From: Longimicrobiales bacterium
Lineage (GTDB): Bacteria > Gemmatimonadota > Gemmatimonadetes > Longimicrobiales > Gaopeijiaceae
Length of the DNA: 64,000 bases
Assembly: GCA_963664435.2 (NCBI GenBank)
Contig: CAXXKM010000003.1
Coordinates: forward strand, 1,120,001 to 1,184,000
Direction of reading: 5' to 3'
Part shown: positions 1-9,781 of the stretch, one piece after another
Position numbering within the stretch: position 1 is the stretch's first letter
How the letters are laid out: every line of letters starts with the position of its first letter
Notes under the pieces: model-generated
What the model was told of the DNA's origin: nothing
What the model saw: the letters and a program-made list of their open reading frames with translations, nothing else
Database searches by the model: none
Program-made: the position numbers and the translations under genes

Positions 1-322
1 CGAGCACATCGCCTTCCAGTGAAGCCGCCTCCTGCAGCCATCCGGGAATCAGGAACCGGCCGACCTTGTCGGGCGTAACCTCGACCGCAAACGAGGTGAT
101 TCGGCGAACGTACGCCGCCGCGCTGCGATCCGAGCGTCGGTATTCCATCAGGCGCTCCTGAATCTTCCCCCACGCCGTCCCGGGAAACAGGGTCAACGCG
201 GAAGCCTGGTACTGGAGCAGCACGAGAGGTCCGTCCGCCGCCGCACGCCGGAACGGAACCGGCAGGCTCAGACGACCCTTGTCGTCGAGACGTTTCTCGT
301 AGCGCCCCAGAAAACCGCTCAT
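1..322 (-). CDS. mraZ: Division/cell wall cluster transcriptional repressor MraZ (runs off window start)
   Basis: Manual translation MSGFLGRYEKRLDDKGRLSLPVPFRR...FAVEVTPDKVGRFLIP shows the two DxKGR/DxxGR SpoVT-AbrB motifs. ATG at 322. Confidence 0.92.
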   Translation of the reverse strand, partial: MSGFLGRYEKRLDDKGRLSLPVPFRRAAADGPLVLLQYQASALTLFPGTAWGKIQERLMEYRRSDRSAAAYVRRITSFAVEVTPDKVGRFLIPGWLQEAASLEGDVL

Positions 323-325
323 CAG

Positions 326-369
326 GTGGTCGATTGTGGGTTAAAGTGGACGATTGTGGAGAATAGGGG
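326..369. promoter_or_regulatory. MraZ operator: GTGG boxes with 10-bp period
   Basis: GTGG at 326, 336, 346 and 356, and GGGG at 366, immediately upstream of mraZ. Confidence 0.8.
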
Positions 370-515
370 AGAACATAAGGAAGGCAATGGCCAACGCGCA
401 AGCCCGGGGGGCGGACCAAATCGGACGGGGGTCGGAGCGGCTGTGGAGTGTGCCTCGCAGCTCGCCAGGAGCGGCCGGTACCGTGCGCAGTGAGGCACCG
501 TCCTGAATTCCGGGC

Positions 516-550
516 AAAAGAAAAGCGCCGCGGACGCATCCGCGGCGCTT
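516..550 (-). terminator. Rho-independent terminator of the TPR gene
   Basis: 12-bp stem AAGCGCCGCGGA/TCCGCGGCGCTT followed by a U-rich tract on the minus strand. Confidence 0.8.
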
Positions 551-574
551 CGGCTACCGAGGGTGGGACTGGCG

Positions 575-2311
575 CTACTCGCCGCCCCCGCGCCTGATGA
601 TGGCGTCCTGGATCTCGACGTAGGTCTGCGCCGCCCCGAGAATCTCGGCGAGGTTGATCGACTCCACCGTAGCGGCGTAAGCACGGCCGAGCTCAAACAG
701 CTGGAGGGCTTGCTGGAAGATCGGCAGTGACTGGCGGGCGGAATCGATGGTGCTGGGTGCCTGAAGCGCAAGGCCGTGGTTGTAGAGCGACCATCCGTGC
801 CAGAAGTTCAACTGCGAACTCATGGTCTCCGAGACTTCGAACTCGTTCTTGGTCCTCTCCAGCAGCGAGATGGCGTAGGTCCAGTTGGTGTTCTGAACGC
901 CGTCATTGTACGCCTTGCCGAACACCAGGCCCGCCATAATGTCGGCGGGCTGTTCGCCGCGCTCCACGGCCTCCTTCAGGAACCCGATGGCCGCATCGAC
1001 CTCATCGGCCTCAAGAAGCCAGCTTCCCTGGCGGGCGGACAGGTTCGCGTAGTCGGGGTCGACTCTCTTCGCGCTCTCGATCGCCGCAATCGCCTCTTCC
1101 AGACGATCGTTGCGCTGCAGAGCGTCGGCCAGCTGCGACCATAGCGCGGCTTCCTCGGGATGGACCTCCACCGCGCGCTGCGCGAAGTCGATGGCCGTCG
1201 GATCGCCGAGCTGCATGTAGGCCCTGATGACGTTGATCAGCTGGGCGGGGGTGGTCTCCGCGCCACGGGTGTCCAGGACGCGCGTATAGGCTTCGATGGC
1301 CCTCCGGTACAGCCGCTCGACTTCCGGAGTGGGCTCACTCTGGCCCTCCATGGCCTGTCCGGCCGCAGTGAAGGCGAACCCTCCGAGCTGCTCCCAGAGG
1401 TCGTCGTTGGTATCATCCATCGCGACGCCTTCCTCGATCAGGATCATCGCGCCCTCGGCGTTTCCGGCGGTCGCGAGGTCATACGCCACGCGCATGCGCA
1501 CGGCGGCGCTTCCCGGGTTGAGTTCGAGGTAGGCGGTGTAGTGTCGCAGGGACTCCTCTTTCATGCCGAATTCGGCGGAGAGCATCCCGGCGAACTGGAG
1601 CGCGTTCTCGTTGAACGGGTTGAGGTCGAGGACCCGCAGCATTTCGTCGAGCCCCTCCTGACGATCCCCCAGCTCCATCACGGACCGGGCGCGGGCGTAG
1701 CGCGACCCCTCGGAACCGGGGTTCCCCTCGATCGCCCGGTTGCAGTTCTCGAGGGCGTTGGCCCACTGCTGGCTGCCGAAGTACTCCTGGCAGATGGCCG
1801 CAAAGCGCAACTGTTCCACGTACTCGTCGAAAACGTCGAAGATGTGTTCCGCGGCGAGCTCGTCGCCGTCGTCATCCGGAACGGTGAAGTCGTCTACCGT
1901 GAACGTCTCCCCCGACGCGACGCTCACGAACGAGATGTTGGTCAGGGTCCAGTCGTCCTGCCCCTCCGTGTAGTTCGCGCACATGACCAGCTCGGCGTTG
2001 ATCTGGGTCGCGAGCTGGCGCGAGCGGATGCAGTTCAGGTCGTCGCGATCGATGTCGAACTGACGCATCGCGTCGCGGATGTCGTTGCGCTCGACCGGCT
2101 CGTGGGTGGGCAGCTGGTTGATGAGGTCCCGAAGCTCCTCGGCCACGTCCTCTCCGAAGCCCCGGCCGGTGTCCTCCCCCGGGAAGAGGTCGGGGATCAT
2201 GACCCTGAAGCGTCCCTGCACTTCCTGTTGCGCCGACGCGAGCGCCGGCAGGAACAGGAACGTCACAAGCAACGCGACTCCCAGCCGGGGAATTGCCAAC
2301 CTGAAGAACAT
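575..2311 (-). CDS. Secreted tetratricopeptide-repeat protein
   Basis: Signal peptide (LPALASAQQ), several TPR-like helical repeats, AGGAG RBS before the ATG at 2311. Confidence 0.8.
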   Translation of the reverse strand: MFFRLAIPRLGVALLVTFLFLPALASAQQEVQGRFRVMIPDLFPGEDTGRGFGEDVAEELRDLINQLPTHEPVERNDIRDAMRQFDIDRDDLNCIRSRQLATQINAELVMCANYTEGQDDWTLTNISFVSVASGETFTVDDFTVPDDDGDELAAEHIFDVFDEYVEQLRFAAICQEYFGSQQWANALENCNRAIEGNPGSEGSRYARARSVMELGDRQEGLDEMLRVLDLNPFNENALQFAGMLSAEFGMKEESLRHYTAYLELNPGSAAVRMRVAYDLATAGNAEGAMILIEEGVAMDDTNDDLWEQLGGFAFTAAGQAMEGQSEPTPEVERLYRRAIEAYTRVLDTRGAETTPAQLINVIRAYMQLGDPTAIDFAQRAVEVHPEEAALWSQLADALQRNDRLEEAIAAIESAKRVDPDYANLSARQGSWLLEADEVDAAIGFLKEAVERGEQPADIMAGLVFGKAYNDGVQNTNWTYAISLLERTKNEFEVSETMSSQLNFWHGWSLYNHGLALQAPSTIDSARQSLPIFQQALQLFELGRAYAATVESINLAEILGAAQTYVEIQDAIIRRGGGE

Positions 2312-2495
2312 CGCTCCTAACTCCGCCAAGGTTACCGGGAAAGCTATGCAAACTATACCCACGCGCGGGACACGGTCAACCGACCCCGGAATACAATGGG
2401 GGCGGCGACCCGCAACGCGTCAAGAGCGAGCCGGGTTGGCCATGGAGCGCTGTAAGCTCGGCGTCCGGTTTTTCCTCGTAACCCGGGCGGACGGG

Positions 2496-2918
2496 TCAGG
2501 ATCCCCGACGCGCGGGAAGCGGGCCTTCATGGGCGCGGATGCGTTCCGCGAGGTCGGGCGAAATCCGCTGGCTGACGCCGGCGGCATAGTCGTACATCAC
2601 CTGCACGGTGCTGCCCGACACCAGCAGCCGTCCCTCGCCCGATCTCACTTCGTACTCCATTACGAAATGCTTCTTGCCGAGAACGGATACTCGAGTGCCC
2701 ACGGTGAGGCGGTCGGGGTACAGAACCCGCGCGTGATATCGGATGCGGGCCTCGGCCAGGATGTAGTCCACCTCCTCCGGCGTCCGGCGCCCGGCAACCT
2801 CCTGCCAGTAGGCGGCGCGTGCCTCCTCGAGGTAGCAGAGCGCCTTGGAGTGATGGGCATGGCCGCCCACGTCGATGTCCTGGAATCGGACCTGGACCGG
2901 GTGCTGGAAGCGAAACAC
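2496..2918 (-). CDS. Acyl-CoA thioesterase (YbgC/FadM hot-dog fold)
   Basis: VRFQDIDVGGHAHHSKALCYLEEAR motif. Confidence 0.85.
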   Translation of the reverse strand: MFRFQHPVQVRFQDIDVGGHAHHSKALCYLEEARAAYWQEVAGRRTPEEVDYILAEARIRYHARVLYPDRLTVGTRVSVLGKKHFVMEYEVRSGEGRLLVSGSTVQVMYDYAAGVSQRISPDLAERIRAHEGPLPARRGS

Positions 2919-3000
2919 TCGGCGTCAGCGGCTCCGGCGGACCGCGGACGCGAAAATCCCCGGCCCGGCGACCTTCCGGGCCGGGGACGGCACTTCGGTG

Positions 3001-4089
3001 TCAGCGACCCAGAACGCGGATGGATCCCGAACCCGTGTCGACCACGATGCTGCCCTGGCCGTCACCGATGGTGCCGCGCACATAGGACCGCCTCCGGGTG
3101 CTATCATCGATCGGAACCTCCACGTCGATCGAGCCACTGCCCGTGTCCGCCTCGAACCGCGCGCCCAGGTCGCCAGGGACGCGCAGTGTCACGCCGCCGG
3201 ATCCGGTGTCCACCTCCAGACGCTCGACGTCGGCGGCCAGATCCACTTCCACGCTGCCGCTGCCGGTGTCCACCATGATGTCCGGCGCCTCCACGGCCAG
3301 CAAGGTAATGCGACCCGACCCGGTGTCCACCTCCACCGATTCCGACCGGACGTCCGAGACGCGCACGCTGCCGCTGCCGGTGTCGACGAGGACGCGGTCA
3401 CCGGCCACCCCGTCCACTGTGACATTTCCGGAGCCGGTATCGACGTTCAGATCCCCGATCGCGCCCGCGACCCGCACCGATCCCGACCCGGTGTCTATGA
3501 TCAGCGCCCCGGAGGTGCCCGCGGACTCGACCGATCCCGACTGGGTATCGAGTACCAGGCTTCCTTCGACATCGCGCACATCCGTCGCGCCCGCTCCCAG
3601 GTACAGCGAGAAGCGTTGGCCGGGGGGCACTGCGATCGTCAGGTCGGCCCAGGCCTCGAGCCCGCTTCCCGAACTGCGGATGTCCACCCTGTCGCCCCGC
3701 AGGAACGAGCCGTGGCCGAAGGTCCCGTCGCTCCGGACCCGGACTCCGGTTCGGGAGTTTCCGCCCATGTCCCCGTAGACGATGCGGTCGGAGGGATAGC
3801 GCACGCGGAGGGTCTGGGCGCCTCGAATCTCCCCGGACTCGACGCTCAGGCTCTGCGCGTCCGCGCCCCTCGGCTCGACGCTCACGACCACCTCGCTGCC
3901 GGTTCCCGGCACGACGCTCACCGTGCCCGCCAGGTTGTACACCGCGACATGGTCGCCCGCAATCCGGTATTCCTGTGGTGGCGCCTGCACCGCCGTTCCT
4001 TCCATCGCCGACAGGGCGACCACGGCCGCCAGCATCGCCCCTCCGGCCCAGATGAGCCCCGTTTTCCTCTGCATCGCTGTTCCCGTCAT
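3001..4089 (-). CDS. DUF4097-family beta-strand repeat (putative adhesin) protein
   Basis: Signal peptide and many VDTGSGSV repeats. Confidence 0.8.
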   Translation of the reverse strand: MTGTAMQRKTGLIWAGGAMLAAVVALSAMEGTAVQAPPQEYRIAGDHVAVYNLAGTVSVVPGTGSEVVVSVEPRGADAQSLSVESGEIRGAQTLRVRYPSDRIVYGDMGGNSRTGVRVRSDGTFGHGSFLRGDRVDIRSSGSGLEAWADLTIAVPPGQRFSLYLGAGATDVRDVEGSLVLDTQSGSVESAGTSGALIIDTGSGSVRVAGAIGDLNVDTGSGNVTVDGVAGDRVLVDTGSGSVRVSDVRSESVEVDTGSGRITLLAVEAPDIMVDTGSGSVEVDLAADVERLEVDTGSGGVTLRVPGDLGARFEADTGSGSIDVEVPIDDSTRRRSYVRGTIGDGQGSIVVDTGSGSIRVLGR

Positions 4090-4295
4090 CGATGTCCTCC
4101 GTGGTTTCAATGCCGGCGGCTTCTGAAGCGACCGGCAGCTGCACAAGGGATGGCCGCGCGTCCGACATGGCGCGGCGCGCACATGCGCCCGTCCCGTCGA
4201 AGCGCATGGGCCCCTACGCGCGAGACGGCGGGAAGTTTTGCCGCGCGGGGATTCATCCTGATAGCCGGCCGGCCGACCGGTGACCCAGCCGTCCG

Positions 4296-5882
4296 TCAGT
4301 CGTCCGCGAGCGTCAGCGGCCCGGACTTCGGGGGCGTCCAGGCGAAGACGCGCCGCATGAGCTTCTCCGCGTGCGGCGGGATCCCGTCGAAGCGTGTTTC
4401 CACCCCCGCGTCGCGCGCCTGCTGGATGATGCGCTCGATGAGGAGGGCGCCGGTAAAGTCCAGGCGGCCCACCCCGTTCAGGTGGAAGACGAGTTCACGC
4501 AGGTCCCCCACCTCCGCGAAGGCGCGGGCTACCGCCTTCTCCAGGATGGGGGCCGATCCGAACCAGAGCACGCCCCGCGGCGCCAGGTGCAGCGCGCCGT
4601 CCGCGGTCCACAGGGACAGCCTCATCTTGCGTTCCCGCCAGAGGTGGACCGCAAGCGAAAGCACCACGCCCACCAGCACGGCTTCCTCGACCCGGGGAAC
4701 CAGGAGGAGGGTCAGGACGAAGGTCGCCCATCCGACCATCGCCTGCAGGCGTGAGAATCTCCAGATCCGAACCAGGTCTCCCACCCGAACCAGGGTCGCC
4801 ACCGCGGTGATGACGATGGCGGCCAGCACCGCCCGTGGAAGCGGCGCCAGCACCGAGGCGAACGGCAGGAAGAGCAGCACCGCCACCCCGCTCGCCGCCC
4901 CGCTCCAGCGCGTGCGCGCGCCGGCGGAGCGGTTGAGGCTGGAGCGGCTGAAGGAACCCTCGACGGGGAATCCGCCGGAGAGTCCGGAGATGACGTTGGC
5001 AACCCCCTGGCTGACGAATTCCCGGTTCGGATCCCAGGGCGTGCGATCCTGCGCCGCAAACGTCTGGCTGATGGAGGTGGTCTCGGCGAAGCCCACCACC
5101 GCAATCACCAGCCCGGGAACGAGCAGAGACGGCAGCTGCAGCCAGGGAAGCTCCTGCGCGCCCGGAATGCCGCCACCGGGGATCTCCCCCAGCACGGATC
5201 CTCCGTACTGGGTGGCCGTCGAGATGAACAGCGCCAGCGCGGTCGCGAAGAGGACGCCCGGCAGGCTGGGGTTGATTCGGCGCGCGCCCATGATGACCAC
5301 CACGGCCATCGCGGCGAAACCGATGCTCGAGGGCTGCCACAGGCCGGGTTGGGTCACCGCCCGGAGCGCCTGGCCCACCACCCCCTCCCCGGGCCCGCTC
5401 ACGCCGAGAGCGGTCGGCACCTGGGAGAGGACGATGAGGATCGCCGCCGCCGAGGTGAAGCCCTGGATGACGGGCTGGGACATCAGGTAGGCGACGCCGC
5501 CCGCGCGCAGGAGGCCGATCAGGAGACGTGCCGCCCCCACGACCAGGGCCAGCAGCGCGGCGAGCCCCACGTATTCGACGCTGCCGCGCTCGGCCATGGG
5601 GATCAGAGCGCCGAAGGTGAGCAGCGCGCTCAAGGCGACCGGACCGGTATGCAGGTACGGCGAGGAGGCGAAGAGCGCGGCGCCGATGGGCGGGAGGGCC
5701 GCGGCGTAGAGGCCGTAGTGGGCGGGCAACCCGGCCAGCTCCGCGTACGCCATCGACTGGGGGATCAGGATGAGCGCGACGCTGACCCCCGCGATCACGT
5801 CGCGCCGCAGGACCTCGCCACGCGTCTCCCCGGCCTTCTGCCCCGGGTGTGCCCGAGGTTTCGGTTGCCCCGGGCGGCTCAC
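4296..5882 (-). CDS. SulP family anion transporter with STAS domain
   Basis: DVIAGVSVALILIPQSMAYAELAG and GSFSRS motifs, with a C-terminal STAS-like region. Confidence 0.92.
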   Translation of the reverse strand: MSRPGQPKPRAHPGQKAGETRGEVLRRDVIAGVSVALILIPQSMAYAELAGLPAHYGLYAAALPPIGAALFASSPYLHTGPVALSALLTFGALIPMAERGSVEYVGLAALLALVVGAARLLIGLLRAGGVAYLMSQPVIQGFTSAAAILIVLSQVPTALGVSGPGEGVVGQALRAVTQPGLWQPSSIGFAAMAVVVIMGARRINPSLPGVLFATALALFISTATQYGGSVLGEIPGGGIPGAQELPWLQLPSLLVPGLVIAVVGFAETTSISQTFAAQDRTPWDPNREFVSQGVANVISGLSGGFPVEGSFSRSSLNRSAGARTRWSGAASGVAVLLFLPFASVLAPLPRAVLAAIVITAVATLVRVGDLVRIWRFSRLQAMVGWATFVLTLLLVPRVEEAVLVGVVLSLAVHLWRERKMRLSLWTADGALHLAPRGVLWFGSAPILEKAVARAFAEVGDLRELVFHLNGVGRLDFTGALLIERIIQQARDAGVETRFDGIPPHAEKLMRRVFAWTPPKSGPLTLADD

Positions 5883-6805
5883 CTGGACCCTGCCGCGGTC
5901 GGGCGCGCCGGCGGCTCCCCGCCGCGCGAGGACGGGGCGACCCGGTCGCCCTCCCGGGCTTCACGTGCCAGCTCGACCAGGAGCCGGTGGGCGGCATCCG
6001 CCCTGGACGTCCAGAAGCGGGAAACGACTTCGGCCTCCGCGCGGTAGCGCTCGTGCACTCCGCGCCAGCGCGCCGCCTCCTGGCCCAGCCAGTCGAGCGC
6101 GGCGTCGGGATTCGAGGAGAGCAGCGCCTTCAGGACGAACCGGCGCTCGCCCGCGCGTCGCCCGAGCCCCAGTTCGTCGGCGCAACGCGCCAGATCGGCG
6201 CGCGTGAGGAGCATGCCGGTGCGCACGGGCGCAGTCAGCTGACGCAGGAAGACATCTCCCCCGCTGGTGCGCGGATCTTCGAGGAGAGGCGCCTCGCGCA
6301 GGTGCAGCGGCAGTCGGTCCGGCGGTCCCAGTTCGGCGGCTTCCGAGACAAGGGCGGCGCGCAGGAGCTCGGACCAGCGCCGATAGAAGAGAGGAGCGAC
6401 TTCGGACACGGCGTGCAGGTAGGGCAGCAGCCACGGGAGCAGATGTTCCCAGAGGAGGGCCTTGCGGCTCTCCCGGCGCAGCACCCGGCCCGGCCCGGCC
6501 GGCTCCCGGGCCTCGGCGTCCGAGAGCCCCGCGTACAGGCCCAGCAACGCCGTCAGGTGATCCGGTTCGTCGGGAGCCTCCCGGCCCAGCGCGCGCCAGA
6601 AGCCCGCCACCCGGTCGGCGGCCTCACCACCCAGCATTCCGTCCGCGCCGACGTGGAACGAGGCGAACGGGTACAGCTGGAAGAGGAAGAGTCCGGTGTG
6701 GTCGGCTGGCCGCGGGGGATCCGGCAGGCCGAGGGCGCGGGCGATGGGGGCGTGCGCGGGGTGCGGAGGCTCGGCCAGCGTCGCCAGCGCGCGGATGAGC
6801 TCCAC
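5879..6805 (-). CDS. TorD/DmsD-family molybdoenzyme chaperone
   Basis: EPDHL motif and HLLPW, directly downstream of the Mo enzyme gene. Confidence 0.8.
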   Translation of the reverse strand: MELIRALATLAEPPHPAHAPIARALGLPDPPRPADHTGLFLFQLYPFASFHVGADGMLGGEAADRVAGFWRALGREAPDEPDHLTALLGLYAGLSDAEAREPAGPGRVLRRESRKALLWEHLLPWLLPYLHAVSEVAPLFYRRWSELLRAALVSEAAELGPPDRLPLHLREAPLLEDPRTSGGDVFLRQLTAPVRTGMLLTRADLARCADELGLGRRAGERRFVLKALLSSNPDAALDWLGQEAARWRGVHERYRAEAEVVSRFWTSRADAAHRLLVELAREAREGDRVAPSSRGGEPPARPTAAGSR

Positions 6806-6811
6806 AGGCTG

Positions 6812-9742
6812 CTAGCCTCCCGCAGAATCGTCCGCGGGCAGCTGGTACGCTTCGCGCGAGGGGCGCACCGGCCTGAGCAGCCAGTAGGGGCGCCGGGTAC
6901 CATCGGGGGAGACGCGCCCCGCCGGGCGCGTGTAGCCGAGCCAGGTGCGGAAGACCCGGCCGGAGCGATCGGCGTTGACGACGATGTCGCCGTAGACATC
7001 CCCCGGGCCGGCCGCGCTCACGCGCACCGCCTGGTGCCAGCAGTGCGATCCGGAAATCGGGTCTGGATGGACCGGGAAAGTCAGGTTCTGGTGCACGCCC
7101 ACGTCGGTCCACCAGATGCGGCTCGTGTCGGCATCCGCGGACTTGTACGGCCCTCCTCCCTTGCGGCGCCTGAGCGACCAGTCTTCCTCGCCGCGCTCCA
7201 GGTCCACCGTCGCCATCGCCTGGTTCTGGCCGTGGTCGGTCACCTTCCAGCGGCCCATGTGGTGGCTGCACGCGACCACCCCGGGGCGAATCCCCTCGGT
7301 TACCCAGGCGCGCACCACGAAATGACCGATCTCGGTCTCCACGCGCACCAGGTCGCCGGTGCCGACGCCGATCCCCCGCGCGTCGCCCGGGTGGATCCAG
7401 AGCGGGTTGGTGTGGGCGATCTCGTCGAGCCACTTGGCGTTGGCGCTTCGGGTGTGGATCTGTATCGGAACCCGGAAGGTCGAGATCAGCACCATCTGGT
7501 CGTCTTCCAGGCTCTCGCGGTGGATGTGGCTGCGGGTGTACCCGGGGGTGGCCAGTTCGGGCCAGCCCCACTCCGCGAGGGTGCGCGACCAGAACTCCAG
7601 CCGTCCCGAGGGCGTGGGGAAGCCTCTCAGGATGCGACCGTCCACCTCCACCCCGAGCCGCCGGCGTCCGTCCGCGTCGCCGTCGACCACGGGGAGGGGG
7701 ACCACGTTGGGGGAGTCGGGCTTCGGAGCGCGGGTGAAGGCGCGCCCGTCCGCATCGACACGGACATCCTCGTGCTCGGCGTCGGGAACCGGGTCCTCGT
7801 GCAGCGCGCCCGTCCTGGAAGCCACCTCGAACGCCCCGTAACGGCGCATGTACTCAAGGGGCGTGATGCCCTCCCGGGCGGCGGCGGCGGGCAGTCCCGG
7901 GACGGAGTTCTCGAACATCCATCCGTAGTACTCGTCGATGCCGAGCTTCGTCCCCGGGCGCGCGCGCGACTCGAAGAACGAGCGGATACCGAGGTCGCCG
8001 TCGGGATCGATGCGCCAGGTGAGGTCGATCCAGAACTCGTTCTCCTCCCACACCTCGCCCGGATTGGCCTCGCGGGTATCGGAGACGCTCTCGCCCAGGC
8101 GCTCGCGCGCGGCGCGCAGCACGGGCTGCCGGAAACCCACCCACTGGCCCGCGTACTGCTCGTAGGAGTGCACGTCGTGGCGCTCGGAGCCGAGCCCCAT
8201 CGGGAGCACGTAGTCGGCGAAGTGGGCGGTCTCGTTCCAGGTGGGCGTCAGGGCAACGTGCAGGCCGATCCGCTCCGGATCCGTCAGCATTTCGATCCAG
8301 GAGAATCCGTCCGGGTTGGTCCACACCGGGTTGTACACGCGGGTGAAGTAGACATCGAGGAAGTCGCCGCTCCTCTTCTGGAGATGCGGCAGGAGGAAGG
8401 ACATCTCCATCACCGCGAGCGGATACTCGGCGGGCCAGGTGAGCTCGTTCCAGTGATCGGGATGGCGCGGAAGATGGATGGGGCGCGGCACAAACTTGTT
8501 CCACGAGTTGGGATGGGTGCCCCCCTCGGTCGCGACCGCTCCCGTGAGCGCGTTCAGGAGGAAGAGCGTGCGGGCCACCTGCCAGCCGCCGAGGTTGCCC
8601 GCCGCCGCGCTGCGCCAGTTGTGGGTCGAGAGGCGGGTTCCGGCCCCGGCCACGAGGCGGGCCACCGCTTCGATCGCTCCCGCCTCCACGCCGGATTCGC
8701 GCGCCGCGTAGTCGAAGGTGTACTCGGAGTACATCTCCTCGAGTTTCTCCTCGAACCGCTCGAAGTCTGGCGGAAGATCGGGATGCGCCTCGGCCATGAA
8801 CTCCCGCCAGTTCCACCAGCGGCGCACGAAGTCGCGATTGTGGAGCCGGTTCGCGACCAGCCAGCGCGCAATGGACAGGAAGATGGCGGCCTCCGAGCCC
8901 GGATAGGGAGACAGCCAGTGGTCGGCGTGGGTGGCGGTGTTGGAGAGGCGGGTGTCGAGGACGACGAGCTTCGCTCCGCCGGCCTTGGCGTCGATGATGC
9001 GCTGGGCGTGCGGGTTGAAGTAGTGCCCGGTCTCCAGGTGGCTCGACACCAGGAGGATGACGCGCGCGTGGGCGTGGTCGGGGCTCGGGCGGTCCATCCC
9101 CATCCAGAGGTGGTAGCCGGCCCTCGCGCCGGACGAGCAGATGTTGGTGTGCGAGTTGTGGCCGTCCACGCCCCACGCCGCCAGCATGCGCTCGGTGAAA
9201 CCGTCCTCTCCCGGGCGGCCCACATGGTACATGATCTCCTTCTGGCGGTCCTCCTCGAGCGCCCGGCGAATGCGTCCGGCGATGTCGTCCAGGGCCTCGT
9301 CCCAGCCGACCCGGGTCCACTGCCCGGCACCGCGCTCGCCGGCGCGCTTCAGCGGATACAGGATCCGGTCCGGGTCGGTGATCTGGTTGGCGGTCGCCGG
9401 CCCCTTGGCGCAGTTGCGGCCCCGCGATCCCGGGTGCTCGGGATTGCCCTCGAACTTGCGTACCTCGAGCGTGTCGCGGTCCACGTAGGCCAGCAGCCCG
9501 CAGGCGGATTCGCAGTTGAAGCAGGTCGTCGGCACCAGCATGAAGCGCTTCTCGACCCGCCGGGGCCACGCGCGCGAGTCCAGCTCCACCCAGTCGTCCC
9601 AGCGCTCCTTCGGCGGAAACGAGGCCAGGTGCACCCGGCTGGGCCCTGGGTAGAAGCTCTCGCCCCGGCCCTCCGCTTCCCGGCGGGCGGCGGACACCCG
9701 CTCGTTCAGGCGCTTCAGCTCCTCGCGGCCGCCGTTCTTCAC
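6812..9742 (-). CDS. Molybdopterin (bis-PGD) oxidoreductase catalytic subunit, Psr/Arr-like clade, no Tat signal seen
   Basis: CFNCESAC...CAKG FS0 motif, SHTNICSS Cys-ligand region, C-terminal dinucleotide-binding domain (LWIHPGDA). Confidence 0.88.
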   Translation of the reverse strand: MKNGGREELKRLNERVSAARREAEGRGESFYPGPSRVHLASFPPKERWDDWVELDSRAWPRRVEKRFMLVPTTCFNCESACGLLAYVDRDTLEVRKFEGNPEHPGSRGRNCAKGPATANQITDPDRILYPLKRAGERGAGQWTRVGWDEALDDIAGRIRRALEEDRQKEIMYHVGRPGEDGFTERMLAAWGVDGHNSHTNICSSGARAGYHLWMGMDRPSPDHAHARVILLVSSHLETGHYFNPHAQRIIDAKAGGAKLVVLDTRLSNTATHADHWLSPYPGSEAAIFLSIARWLVANRLHNRDFVRRWWNWREFMAEAHPDLPPDFERFEEKLEEMYSEYTFDYAARESGVEAGAIEAVARLVAGAGTRLSTHNWRSAAAGNLGGWQVARTLFLLNALTGAVATEGGTHPNSWNKFVPRPIHLPRHPDHWNELTWPAEYPLAVMEMSFLLPHLQKRSGDFLDVYFTRVYNPVWTNPDGFSWIEMLTDPERIGLHVALTPTWNETAHFADYVLPMGLGSERHDVHSYEQYAGQWVGFRQPVLRAARERLGESVSDTREANPGEVWEENEFWIDLTWRIDPDGDLGIRSFFESRARPGTKLGIDEYYGWMFENSVPGLPAAAAREGITPLEYMRRYGAFEVASRTGALHEDPVPDAEHEDVRVDADGRAFTRAPKPDSPNVVPLPVVDGDADGRRRLGVEVDGRILRGFPTPSGRLEFWSRTLAEWGWPELATPGYTRSHIHRESLEDDQMVLISTFRVPIQIHTRSANAKWLDEIAHTNPLWIHPGDARGIGVGTGDLVRVETEIGHFVVRAWVTEGIRPGVVACSHHMGRWKVTDHGQNQAMATVDLERGEEDWSLRRRKGGGPYKSADADTSRIWWTDVGVHQNLTFPVHPDPISGSHCWHQAVRVSAAGPGDVYGDIVVNADRSGRVFRTWLGYTRPAGRVSPDGTRRPYWLLRPVRPSREAYQLPADDSAGG

Positions 9743-9781
9743 GATGCGATCCTGTGGCCGACGTTGTTCATGACCCGATCC

